NCBI GenBank assembly: GCA_965218115.1
Contig: OZ244584.1
Location: 2,183,547-2,247,546 of the forward strand
Direction: 5' to 3'
From: Dehalococcoidia bacterium
GTDB lineage: Bacteria > Chloroflexota > Dehalococcoidia > Bin125
Length of the DNA: 64,000 bases
The notes below the pieces were generated by a model. That model was not told the DNA's origin and searched no databases. It was given only the letters and a program-made list of their open reading frames with translations. Every line of letters begins with the position of its first letter. Position 1 is the first letter of the stretch. Below, piece after piece: positions 54,121-62,758 of this stretch. The translations under genes and the position numbers were made by a program.

Positions 54121-55026
54121 GTGTCGCGGCTGTTGTTGGGGGCGGTCGCCCTCGCATTGCTGGTCGCTCTGTTCGACGCCGCCGGCGCGTCCGCACAGAG
54201 CGACGCCGCGGAGGTTCGAATCCTGGCCCGCAAAGCCCAGGACGGCCGCGTTGAGTTCTGCCTGCGGATCGAAGCGACAGCAGCGCGGAGCTGCCCCGAC
54301 GATCGGTTCTTCCCGTTCGAAACCGCCACCGTTGGCAGCTGGCTGCGCTCGCGAACGATCGAGCTCGGCCAGGCAACGCTGCGCATCCGCGCTCGGCGCA
54401 ATCCTGATCGCCGGATCGAGTTCGCGCTCGGCGTCGAGCTGGACGACGAGTCGAGTGTGATCCAGCCCGAGCTGCGCTTCCTCAATTGGGACGCGGTGAG
54501 AGTTGGTCGCTGGTTGCGCAGCTCGCCGGTACTCGTGCGTGTCGCGATCCCGCTCCCGGCAAAGGGAATCGACGAGGACGCGCCGCGACTGGCACAGGGT
54601 GAGCGGGCGCCCAACTTCGCACTGCCGCGCCTCAGTGGTGAGGGCCTGCTGGCGCTCTCGGACTTCCGCGGCCGGACGGTCGCGATCGCCTTCTGGGCAT
54701 CGTGGGGCTCGGGCGACGCCGAGCTGCTGCGCGCGCTCGATGCAGTGTGGCGCGAGCAGGGCGCGAACGAAGGCGGGTTCGTCGCAGTGGCAGTCAACAC
54801 CTACGACACCTGGGAGGGGGCGACACGGGCCTACGCCGACATCGACGTTGGATTCGACAGCGCGATCGACGCCGAAGCGGTGGTCGCCAGGCACTACCGC
54901 GTCGACGGGCTGCCCGAGCTGTACCTGATCGACGCCAGGGGCATCTACCGCGAACGGCTGATCGGCCTGGTCGACGCGAGCATGATCGCAGCCGCGATCG
55001 CGCGCACAGGCGAACCGTTGCCCTAA
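54121..55026 (+). CDS. secreted thioredoxin-fold (TlpA/redoxin-like) protein lacking the CXXC cysteines, with a duplicated N-terminal domain
   Basis: Signal peptide MSRLLLGAVALALLVALFDAAGASA. The redoxin-like segment APNFALPRLSGEGLLALSDFRGRTVAIAFWASWGSGDAELL carries WGSGD where WCxxC is expected (54691-54720). Confidence 0.75.
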   Translation: MSRLLLGAVALALLVALFDAAGASAQSDAAEVRILARKAQDGRVEFCLRIEATAARSCPDDRFFPFETATVGSWLRSRTIELGQATLRIRARRNPDRRIEFALGVELDDESSVIQPELRFLNWDAVRVGRWLRSSPVLVRVAIPLPAKGIDEDAPRLAQGERAPNFALPRLSGEGLLALSDFRGRTVAIAFWASWGSGDAELLRALDAVWREQGANEGGFVAVAVNTYDTWEGATRAYADIDVGFDSAIDAEAVVARHYRVDGLPELYLIDARGIYRERLIGLVDASMIAAAIARTGEPLP

Positions 55027-55086
55027 CCTGCCTGAGTTCCCCACCAAACGACCAGTTCGACCAGTGTCGAACAACCACGGAGCCTG

Positions 55087-55980
55087 ATGATGACCGAATA
55101 TGAAGACGTTCTGTACGAAACCAAAGGCCGGATCGCGATCGTCACGCTGAACCGACCCGAGAAGATGAACGCGCTCAGCCACCGACTGCGCGCCGAGATG
55201 TTCAGCGCGCTCAAGGACGCCGAGGCCGACGCCGACGTCCGCGTGGTGATCATCCGCGGCGCGGGGCGCACCTTCTCGGCCGGCTACGACATCACGCCGG
55301 TCCCCAACCTGTCCGAGTCGGACTATCTCGACCTGCGCTCGGGCCTCCCCAGCGTCGGCCCGATTCACCCGGGACAGGGACAGTGGCCGCAGCACCTGCT
55401 CAGCGGCTACTGGCAGATCTGGGAGCTGACCAAGCCGGTCATCGCCCAGGTGCACGGCTACTGCCTGGCGGGTGGATCCGAGCTGGCCAGCATGTGCGAC
55501 CTGATGTTTGTCGCCGACGACGCCATCATCGGCTACCCGCCCGTCCGCGCGATGACGACTGTGGACGTGCTCTACCACCCCTGGCACATGTCGATGCGCA
55601 AGGCCCGCGAACTGACCTACACCGGTGACTCAGTGACCGGCGCCGAGGCCGTCGAGCTGGGCTGGGCCAACCGCTGCTTCGCGGTTGACGAGCTTGCCGC
55701 CGCGACCGAAGCCTTCGCGGAGCGAATCGCCAACATCGAGCCCGACATGGTGCAGATGAGCAAGCGCGGCATCAACCGGGCCTACGAAGTGATGGGCATC
55801 CGCACGGCGTTGGCCGTGGGAGCCGACATTCAGGCGCTCTCGACCTACCGCGGAAGCGCCGGCAACTTCGGCGCGATCGCGCGCGAAAAGGGCCTCAAGG
55901 CCGCGCTCAACTGGCGCGACGGACCGTTCCAGGATTACGGCGCTGCAAAGACCCGACCAAGCGCGCCCAAGCAGCAGTAA
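55087..55980 (+). CDS. enoyl-CoA hydratase/isomerase family protein (crotonase fold)
   Basis: GRIAIVTLNRPEKMNALS...VVIIRGAGRTFSAGYD...VHGYCLAGGSELA. The second ATG at 55090 is an alternative start. Confidence 0.9.
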   Translation: MMTEYEDVLYETKGRIAIVTLNRPEKMNALSHRLRAEMFSALKDAEADADVRVVIIRGAGRTFSAGYDITPVPNLSESDYLDLRSGLPSVGPIHPGQGQWPQHLLSGYWQIWELTKPVIAQVHGYCLAGGSELASMCDLMFVADDAIIGYPPVRAMTTVDVLYHPWHMSMRKARELTYTGDSVTGAEAVELGWANRCFAVDELAAATEAFAERIANIEPDMVQMSKRGINRAYEVMGIRTALAVGADIQALSTYRGSAGNFGAIAREKGLKAALNWRDGPFQDYGAAKTRPSAPKQQ

Positions 55981-56079
55981 CGCGGCGTTCCCCCTAACGG
56001 AGGGCGTGGCTACCATGTGCGCTGGCCGCGCGGTCGTCGATGCCTCCATGAGGGCCGCGTCGTGCTGAGGTGAACCAAG

Positions 56080-56682
56080 ATGCCGAGCCAGGGAATCCCC
56101 CAGTCGTTCGGGTTGATCGTGATGTTCGGCATGCTGATCGCGGGCGTGGTGGCACTCGTCGGCTTCGCAATCGTCAAGGGCGCAGACCGCCACGAGCTGC
56201 ACGGTCGCGTGGTAGCCAATGAAGCGACCGCCGCGCTCTGGAGCAGCGGCGACCACTGCATCGAGGAAGGCCAGGAGGCCGACCCCTCGCTCGAGCTCGT
56301 GGAGCGCCTGCCGCTGACCTGCGAGGCCGCGGCGCCACTGCCGATTGAAGAGATCGATCAGGAAGCGCTGGTCGCCGGCGCGAGCGTCTCTCGTGGCGCG
56401 GAACTCTTCATCGCCAACGGCTGCCAGGTCTGCCACGGCGATACCGGCGAGGGCATCGTGGGGCCGACGATCGCCCAGACCGGCCTCGACATCCACGGCG
56501 TGCTGACGCAGTACCGCCAGCCGCGCGGCGTGATGCCCGAGCAGGACCCCGAGGATGTGCCGCCCGAAGACATCGCCGACATCTGGTCCTGGCTCCAGAC
56601 GCTGCCGTTGCCCGATGAACTGGTCGACCCCGACAACAACGCGCTCGGCCACGAGAACATCGGTCAGTGGGCGAGTAACTGA
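56080..56682 (+). CDS. membrane-anchored c-type cytochrome
   Basis: N-terminal TM (FGLIVMFGMLIAGVVALVGFAIV), the heme motif CQVCHG, and a distal Met in RGVMPEQ. GAGGTG RBS. Confidence 0.85.
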   Translation: MPSQGIPQSFGLIVMFGMLIAGVVALVGFAIVKGADRHELHGRVVANEATAALWSSGDHCIEEGQEADPSLELVERLPLTCEAAAPLPIEEIDQEALVAGASVSRGAELFIANGCQVCHGDTGEGIVGPTIAQTGLDIHGVLTQYRQPRGVMPEQDPEDVPPEDIADIWSWLQTLPLPDELVDPDNNALGHENIGQWASN

Positions 56683-56795
56683 GCCCGCCAGCGACCGGTA
56701 CGCAACCACCCCTGCGAGTCGATCCCAACGACCTCCCCGCGGGAGAGCCGCCGCGAAGGGGCTGAGAGGGAGATTCGACCGTCAATCCGACGGCG

Positions 56796-57947
56796 CTAAC
56801 CGCGCCGTAACGACCGAAACGAGTCGCGGATATCCCGAGCGAGCAGCTCCGGCTCTTCGGCCGCCGCGAAGTGTCCGCCGCGAGCCATCTCGGTATAACG
56901 CACGAGGTTGAAGAACCGGCCCACCCACTCGCGCGGCGGGTGGCCGAGTTCAACCGGGAAATGGGCGAAGTGCGTTGGCACGGTGACGGGATTGTCGGGG
57001 CTGAGTTGACTCGGCGCGCGCGAGTTTTCGTAATAGAGCCGCACCGAGGAGCTGATCGTCTGCGTGGCCCAATAGATCGTGAGCTGAGTGAGCAGCTCGT
57101 CCTTCGAGAACCGCGACTCGATCTCGCCGCCGCAGTCGCTCCAGCTGCGCCACTTCTCGATGATCCATCCGGCCAGGCCGGCCGGAGAGTCGTTCAATCC
57201 GTACGCGAGGCTCTGCGGCTTGGTGCCCTGCTGGTGCCCATAGGCGCCTTCCTCAGCTTGCCACAGTCGGCGCTGAGCAAGGAATTCCTTCTCACCCTCC
57301 GTGAGTTCGTCATCCGGCGGGATCGGCGACCCACGGTTGGCGGCCGTGAGGTGAATCGCTCTGACCGTGGCCGGAAAGTTGAGGCCGAGGTTGGTCGTGA
57401 CCTGCGCGCCCCAGTCCCCGCCCTGGGCCACGAACCACTCGTAGCCCAAACCCTCCGTCATCAGCGCCTGCCACAGCTCGGCGATGCGAATCGTGCTCAT
57501 CCCCCGCCGGGTCGGTCGGTCGGAAAATCCGTATCCCGGCATCGACGGAACAATCACATCGAACGAGTCGGCGGCATCGCCGCCGTGACTCGCTGGGTCG
57601 GCCAACAGCGGGATGATCTTGAGCATCTCGGTGAAGCTGCTCGGCCATCCGTGGGTCAGCACAAGTGGAATCGGATCGGGCCCCGCGCCCCGCGCATGAA
57701 TGAAGTGAATCCCCAACCCCTCGACTTCCGCGCGGAAGTGTGCGTGGCGATTGATCGCCGCTTCCTGAACACGCCAGTCGAATCCGTCAGCCCAGTACTC
57801 GCAGAGGCTTCGGAGATAGGACAGATTGGAACCGTAATCCCAGCCTGCGCCTTCCAACTCGTCCGGCCAGCGAGTGCGGCGCAGACGAACGCGGAGATCT
57901 TCAAGCGTGTCGTCCGAAATGTGAACCGTGTACGGCTGGATGTTCAT
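56796..57947 (-). CDS. epoxide hydrolase (alpha/beta hydrolase with EHN N-terminal domain)
   Basis: IQPYTVHISDDTLEDLRVRLRRTRWPDE...GIHFIHARG...LTHGWPSSF...GGDWGA. Confidence 0.9.
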   Translation of the reverse strand: MNIQPYTVHISDDTLEDLRVRLRRTRWPDELEGAGWDYGSNLSYLRSLCEYWADGFDWRVQEAAINRHAHFRAEVEGLGIHFIHARGAGPDPIPLVLTHGWPSSFTEMLKIIPLLADPASHGGDAADSFDVIVPSMPGYGFSDRPTRRGMSTIRIAELWQALMTEGLGYEWFVAQGGDWGAQVTTNLGLNFPATVRAIHLTAANRGSPIPPDDELTEGEKEFLAQRRLWQAEEGAYGHQQGTKPQSLAYGLNDSPAGLAGWIIEKWRSWSDCGGEIESRFSKDELLTQLTIYWATQTISSSVRLYYENSRAPSQLSPDNPVTVPTHFAHFPVELGHPPREWVGRFFNLVRYTEMARGGHFAAAEEPELLARDIRDSFRSLRRG

Positions 57948-58018
57948 CTTCGACCTTTCAAGCCCCAGCGCGGCGGCAACGTCGGCCGAGAACCGCTGCG
58001 CCGCCGCACGCTCAGCAT

Positions 58019-58819
58019 CTATACCCCTGGATACGCCTCCGCCAACAACCCAGCAAGAATCGCGTTGAACTCGTCGGGCAGCTCCCAGTACACCGAGTGG
58101 CCGGCCGTGGGCACCTCGACGTAGCGTGCGCCGGGGACGTGCTCACTGGCGGCCTTGATCAGCACGGCTGGGATGATCGCGTCCAACTCTCCGGCGAGGA
58201 AGACGGTCGGCATCGTCAGCGCCGCCAGGTCCTCTATCGCCACCGCGCCCTGATCGACGCCGAAGCTGAGCGATCCATCGCCGCCCGCGACCGGCGGATT
58301 GAGGCCGCGGACCTGCTGATAGAGGAACAGGCCGTTGGGATTTCGGTCGATGAAGTCCGGGCCAACCATCATCGTCTGTCCGCCGGCTTCCGCGTTGCCG
58401 AGCGCCTGCGCGACCGCCTTGGCCATCTCCTGCAGCAGGTGCTCGTCCCAGATGCCCAGGAAGGTGTCGGCCATCATCAGCCCGCGCACGCGATCGGGAT
58501 GCGCAACCGCGTAGGGCAGCACCGAGAAGCCACCCATCGACTGACCAACCAGCACGGCGGCGGCGATCTCAAGGTGGTCCATCAGCTCCTCAAGGTCGCG
58601 GCGAAACGCCGCACGCCCCTCGCCGGAGAGATCCTGGCTCTGTCCCCAACCGCGCACCTCGTAGGTCACGCAGCGAAAGCGATCGCGGAAATGCGGGATC
58701 TGCTGCCACCAGCTCAGGTGGTTCCCGCCCGCGCCGTGCACGAAGACGATCGTCTCGGCTGCGTCGCCGAACGTGTCGTAGACAAGCGTCCCGCCGGTCA
58801 CATCAAGGGTTTGAGGCAT
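58019..58819 (-). CDS. alpha/beta-fold hydrolase
   Basis: IVFVHGAGGNHLSWWQQ, the nucleophile elbow GQSMGG, and a C-terminal TAGHSVYWE. AGGAG RBS. Confidence 0.85.
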   Translation of the reverse strand: MPQTLDVTGGTLVYDTFGDAAETIVFVHGAGGNHLSWWQQIPHFRDRFRCVTYEVRGWGQSQDLSGEGRAAFRRDLEELMDHLEIAAAVLVGQSMGGFSVLPYAVAHPDRVRGLMMADTFLGIWDEHLLQEMAKAVAQALGNAEAGGQTMMVGPDFIDRNPNGLFLYQQVRGLNPPVAGGDGSLSFGVDQGAVAIEDLAALTMPTVFLAGELDAIIPAVLIKAASEHVPGARYVEVPTAGHSVYWELPDEFNAILAGLLAEAYPGV

Positions 58820-58862
58820 GGGAATCTCCTGTTTCTACTCAGGGTTGGCCAGAGGCTAGCGG

Positions 58863-59753
58863 CTAGAGGCTGCCTCGTAAGCGCGGGTCGAGTACGTCTC
58901 GGAGCCGGTCGCCCATGAAGTTCGCCGCCAGCACGAAGAGCATGATCAGGACACCGGGCAAAATTGTGGGCCACAGGCTGTTGCGAATCACCGGGAACCC
59001 CTCCGCGATCATGTTGCCCCAGGTGGCCTGGGGCGGCTGCGCTCCGAAGCCGAGGAAGCTGAGCGCGGCCTCGGAGAGAACTGCGATGCCCACCAACAGC
59101 GTGCCTTGCACGATCAGGGGCTGCACCGTGTTTGGCAGGATGTGCCTCACCAGGATGCGCATGTCCGATGCGCCCAGCGAGCGCGCGGCCATGACAAAGT
59201 CCTGCGCCTTGAGCGATAACGTCAGTGCCCGCAGCAAACGCGAGAAGACCGGGAAACTGGCCAGCCCGATCGCTAGCATGACGTTCCCGAGACTCGTGCC
59301 GGCGATCGCCACGATGGCCAGGATGAGGATGATCGGCGGGATCGAAATCCAGGTGTCGACGAAGCGCATCAGCACCGTGTCGACCCAGCCGCCGAAATAG
59401 CCGGAGCTCAGCCCGATCGGCAGCGCCACGGCTGCGGCAATCGCGACGACGATCAGGCCCACGCTGACCGAGACACGGCTGCCGTACATCGCGCGGCTGA
59501 GAATGTCGCGGCCCAGTTGATCCGTGCCCAGCAGGTGGGTCCAGGACGGCCCCTCCAGACTCGCCCTGAGATTCTGTTCGTTCTCCCCGAAGGGAGCGAT
59601 CGTCGGGCCAAACGCGGCGAAAAAAACGACCACCAGCAAGATGATCGTTGCTACCTGAGCCTTGGGATCGTGCAGGAAGACCCTGATGCTGGTGGGCACG
59701 CGGATGCTCCGCAGCCGCGGAAGCGACACAGCCAATTGTTCGCGCTTGTTCAT
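58863..59753 (-). CDS. ABC transporter permease (DppC/OppC-like)
   Basis: HLLGTDQLGRDILSRAMYGSR... and C-terminal MGDRLRDVLDPRLRG. ATGA overlap with the upstream permease gene. Confidence 0.9.
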   Translation of the reverse strand: MNKREQLAVSLPRLRSIRVPTSIRVFLHDPKAQVATIILLVVVFFAAFGPTIAPFGENEQNLRASLEGPSWTHLLGTDQLGRDILSRAMYGSRVSVSVGLIVVAIAAAVALPIGLSSGYFGGWVDTVLMRFVDTWISIPPIILILAIVAIAGTSLGNVMLAIGLASFPVFSRLLRALTLSLKAQDFVMAARSLGASDMRILVRHILPNTVQPLIVQGTLLVGIAVLSEAALSFLGFGAQPPQATWGNMIAEGFPVIRNSLWPTILPGVLIMLFVLAANFMGDRLRDVLDPRLRGSL

Positions 59754-60712
59754 TGGTATCTGATTCGTGGATCGAGTAGGCCGTAGATGATGTCGGTCAG
59801 TAAGTTGGCCGCCACAACTGCGAGGGTGACGAGAAAGACGATTCCCTGCAGAATCTTGAAATCGTGGGCGATCGTTGCGTCAAACGCGAGCCGGCCCAGA
59901 CCGGGTAGCGCGAAGAGTCGCTCAATGATTACGCTGCCGCCGAACAAGGCGGCGATCTGTAGGCCCATGATGGTGACCACTGGCAGCATCGAGTTCTTCA
60001 GTACATGGCGGAAGAGGACCGCGCTGCCGGTCAACCCCTTGGCCCGCGCGGTCACGATGTAGTCCTGACGACGTATCTCCAACACGGACGATCGTGTCTG
60101 TCGCGCGATCACGGCGACGCCACCGAGCGAGAGCGCAAAGACCGGCATCGCCAGGTGTTTTGCCGCCTCCCAGGGGTCTGCGATCGGATCGACCCAGCCT
60201 GAGGTGGGCAGCCATCCGAGCTCGACGGAGAACAGGATGATCAAACCAATGGCGAGCCAGAAGCTCGGAGCGGCTACCCCGACGACGGCCAGAAAGGTAA
60301 CCCCCAGATCGCCGCGGGTTCCCGGCCGCACGCCGGCGAGTAGGCCGAGCGTCAGTCCCAGCACAATGCTGAGCCCAAGGGCGAGGCCGTTGAGCCAGAG
60401 CGAGACCGGCAACCGATCGGCAATGACCTTGGTCACTGGTTCTTGCGATCGCAGCGATGTCCCGAAGTCGAAGTGAAGGATGACCTGCTCAACGTAACGA
60501 AAGTAGCGCTCCGGAAGCGATCCATGCAGACCGAATTGTTCTTTGATCCGCTCAATATCCTCGGCGCTGAGTTGGGTACCATCCTGTGCTGGCCCAATCA
60601 CGGCGAGCAACGGATCGCCGGGTACCAACTCTAGTCCGGCGAAGGTCAGAACTGACACCAGGATGAGGACGGGCAGCGCCTGCACCAGCCGAGCGAGGAT
60701 GAACTTGCTCAC
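59750..60712 (-). CDS. ABC transporter permease (DppB/OppB-like)
   Basis: MSKFILARLVQALPVLILVSVLTFAGLELVPGDP... and C-terminal LTDIIYGLLDPRIRYQ. GTG start at 60712. Confidence 0.9.
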   Translation of the reverse strand: MSKFILARLVQALPVLILVSVLTFAGLELVPGDPLLAVIGPAQDGTQLSAEDIERIKEQFGLHGSLPERYFRYVEQVILHFDFGTSLRSQEPVTKVIADRLPVSLWLNGLALGLSIVLGLTLGLLAGVRPGTRGDLGVTFLAVVGVAAPSFWLAIGLIILFSVELGWLPTSGWVDPIADPWEAAKHLAMPVFALSLGGVAVIARQTRSSVLEIRRQDYIVTARAKGLTGSAVLFRHVLKNSMLPVVTIMGLQIAALFGGSVIIERLFALPGLGRLAFDATIAHDFKILQGIVFLVTLAVVAANLLTDIIYGLLDPRIRYQ

Positions 60713-60795
60713 GCGACCCCTGTCCCGATGTTCACTGCGGCGGCGCTCCGCCAGGCCCAGCCGGACTTAATATTGGACGCGCGGCTCCGGGATGG

Positions 60796-62619
60796 CTAGG
60801 CGATTCGGTGCAGCTCCTTGAACCATTCGAACCCGTTTAAGTCGAACTGTGCACCGCCAATGTCATTGCGGCTGAAGAAATAGCGAGGGGTATAGAGCCC
60901 GGGCAGGATGCTGTACAGAAGATCGGCCTGGATCTCCTGAATCTCGGCGTAAATCCCGCGTCGCTCCTCGGTGTCGTATGTGGAGACCGCGTCTTGGACG
61001 AGTCCTTCGACTTCAGGCACCGGCCCACCGCCCAGGTTCCAGGTCCCCTTCTCGGTCAGCGCCAACTGCAGGAAGGTGTCGGGTTCGCCGCGGTCGCCAC
61101 CCTGGGAGATGATGTGGAGATCTCCCGCCTGGCCTCGGTTGGTCCAGGGACGGGTCTGGACTTCCTCGTAGGTGGCTGGGATGATCCGCACGCCCAGTTG
61201 CTCCCAGCTCCCGGCGACGGCCTGGAACATGGGCTCGGCCCCGGCCCAAGCCGCTGTAATCGGAATCTCCCAGTCTTCTTCCGGAATGCCCGACTGGACC
61301 AACAATTCCTCGGCCTTGTCCATGTTAAACTCGGTCGGGAAATTCTCTTGCGGGGCATGCGCCCAGCTACCGTTGGACAGGATCGCGGTACCCACATCCG
61401 CGCGTCCTTCGTAGAAGACCTCCTTGGCGCCCTCTTTGTCCCAGGCGTGCATGAGCGCTCGCCGGAAATCGACGTTGTTTGCTGGATACAGATCATGGTT
61501 CACCCACCAGGACAGGTGTAGAGACCCCTTGCGCACAATCGAGGTCAGATCGTCGTTGTCGAGAAGCAACCCAACCTGGCTGTCTGGTGCAACGAACGTG
61601 TCGACGTCACCCGACTCGATCGCTGCGGCCCGGACGACTGCGTCTGGGATGACCACGAATTGGAATTCGTCCAGCAGAGCGTACGGTCCTCCATCTTCGC
61701 GTCGCTGCCAGCTGTCCTGAAACGGAACCAGCACGGTCGACTGTTCGTTCTCCCAGCTCTGAAGTTGGTACGGGCCGGTGCCGACGGGTTGTACGCGCAG
61801 GTCCTCCAGTGACGTCGCCTCCACGTGGGTGGGGGAGGCCATCATGCCGCCGCGCTCCTGCAGGTTCGTCAGCAGCGCCGCATTGGGTCTGGCCAGGCTG
61901 AAGCTGAGCGTGCGGCTGTCGAGCACGTCTTTCGACTCGATCACCGAGAACGCCGCCGCGTACACGCCCCCGGCAGGAATGCTCGTGTCGACCGCGCGAT
62001 CGAGGTTGAACTTGGCAGCTTCGGCATCAAAGCTCGTGCCATCGTGAAACTTCACCCCGTCGCGGACCGTGAACACGATCGTGACGTCATCTACGGCTTC
62101 GAAGGCTTCCGCGAGCGATGCATCGAGGTCGACGACGCCGTCAGCTCGCGTCGCGATCAGTGGATCGTAGAGCGCCCGCCAGATGCCGGATTGGGTGAGG
62201 GATGTTGATGGATCCAGGCCACTCAGGCCGATCAGTTCTTCCTCCGCGCCGTATCTGACGATCCCGCCACGAGGCACAATGGGCGCCGCCTGCACGGCTT
62301 GAGCCTGCTGTTGTTGCTGTTGAACAGTCTGCTGCTGGGCGGTCTGCTGCTGCCGTTCCTGTTGCTCCGCTTGTTGAGCCACTTGCTCGGCCTGCTGCTC
62401 TTGCTGCGTCTGTTGTTGCGCAGCCGGCGCCTGCTGCTCCTGCCGTTGCTGCTGTTGAGCCTGAGCCGCAGCTGGCTGGTCGTCGTCATCGTCGTCGTCG
62501 CCGCAGCCGACCAACATCAGTCCGGCGGCGCCAACGCCCACCCTGGCGCTGGCTCTCAACAGCGAACGTCGCGAGAGCTTCCGCCGGCCAAGCTTGGCCC
62601 AGTAGTTGCGCTCGTTCAT
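60796..62619 (-). CDS. ABC transporter substrate-binding lipoprotein, family 5, Tat signal (paralog of 7320-9125)
   Basis: MNERNYWAKLGRRKLSRRSLLRASARVGVGAAGLMLVGCGDDDDDDD, then a Gln-rich linker and an SBP_bac_5-like body. ATG at 62619 follows AGGAGG; the ORF-track start at 62682 is an extension. Confidence 0.9.
   Translation of the reverse strand: MNERNYWAKLGRRKLSRRSLLRASARVGVGAAGLMLVGCGDDDDDDDQPAAAQAQQQQRQEQQAPAAQQQTQQEQQAEQVAQQAEQQERQQQTAQQQTVQQQQQQAQAVQAAPIVPRGGIVRYGAEEELIGLSGLDPSTSLTQSGIWRALYDPLIATRADGVVDLDASLAEAFEAVDDVTIVFTVRDGVKFHDGTSFDAEAAKFNLDRAVDTSIPAGGVYAAAFSVIESKDVLDSRTLSFSLARPNAALLTNLQERGGMMASPTHVEATSLEDLRVQPVGTGPYQLQSWENEQSTVLVPFQDSWQRREDGGPYALLDEFQFVVIPDAVVRAAAIESGDVDTFVAPDSQVGLLLDNDDLTSIVRKGSLHLSWWVNHDLYPANNVDFRRALMHAWDKEGAKEVFYEGRADVGTAILSNGSWAHAPQENFPTEFNMDKAEELLVQSGIPEEDWEIPITAAWAGAEPMFQAVAGSWEQLGVRIIPATYEEVQTRPWTNRGQAGDLHIISQGGDRGEPDTFLQLALTEKGTWNLGGGPVPEVEGLVQDAVSTYDTEERRGIYAEIQEIQADLLYSILPGLYTPRYFFSRNDIGGAQFDLNGFEWFKELHRIA
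62284..62502 (-). repeat. GAC/CAG-rich low-complexity coding tract (Asp7 then Gln-rich tether)
   Basis: Encodes residues 40-112 (GDDDDDDDQPAAAQAQQQQRQEQQAPAAQQQTQQEQQ...QQQQQQAQAVQAA). Confidence 0.85.
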
Positions 62620-62758
62620 GACAATCCTCCTGACGCCTACGCCAACCCAAAGCGAGCTAGCGCAATCACTCGTTAGGCGCAAGCATCACGAGCAGAATTT
62701 GGCTTGTCAAACATGCATCCGGTGTCGCCAACGCCAGACTTGACGCAGGCCTCCTGAA

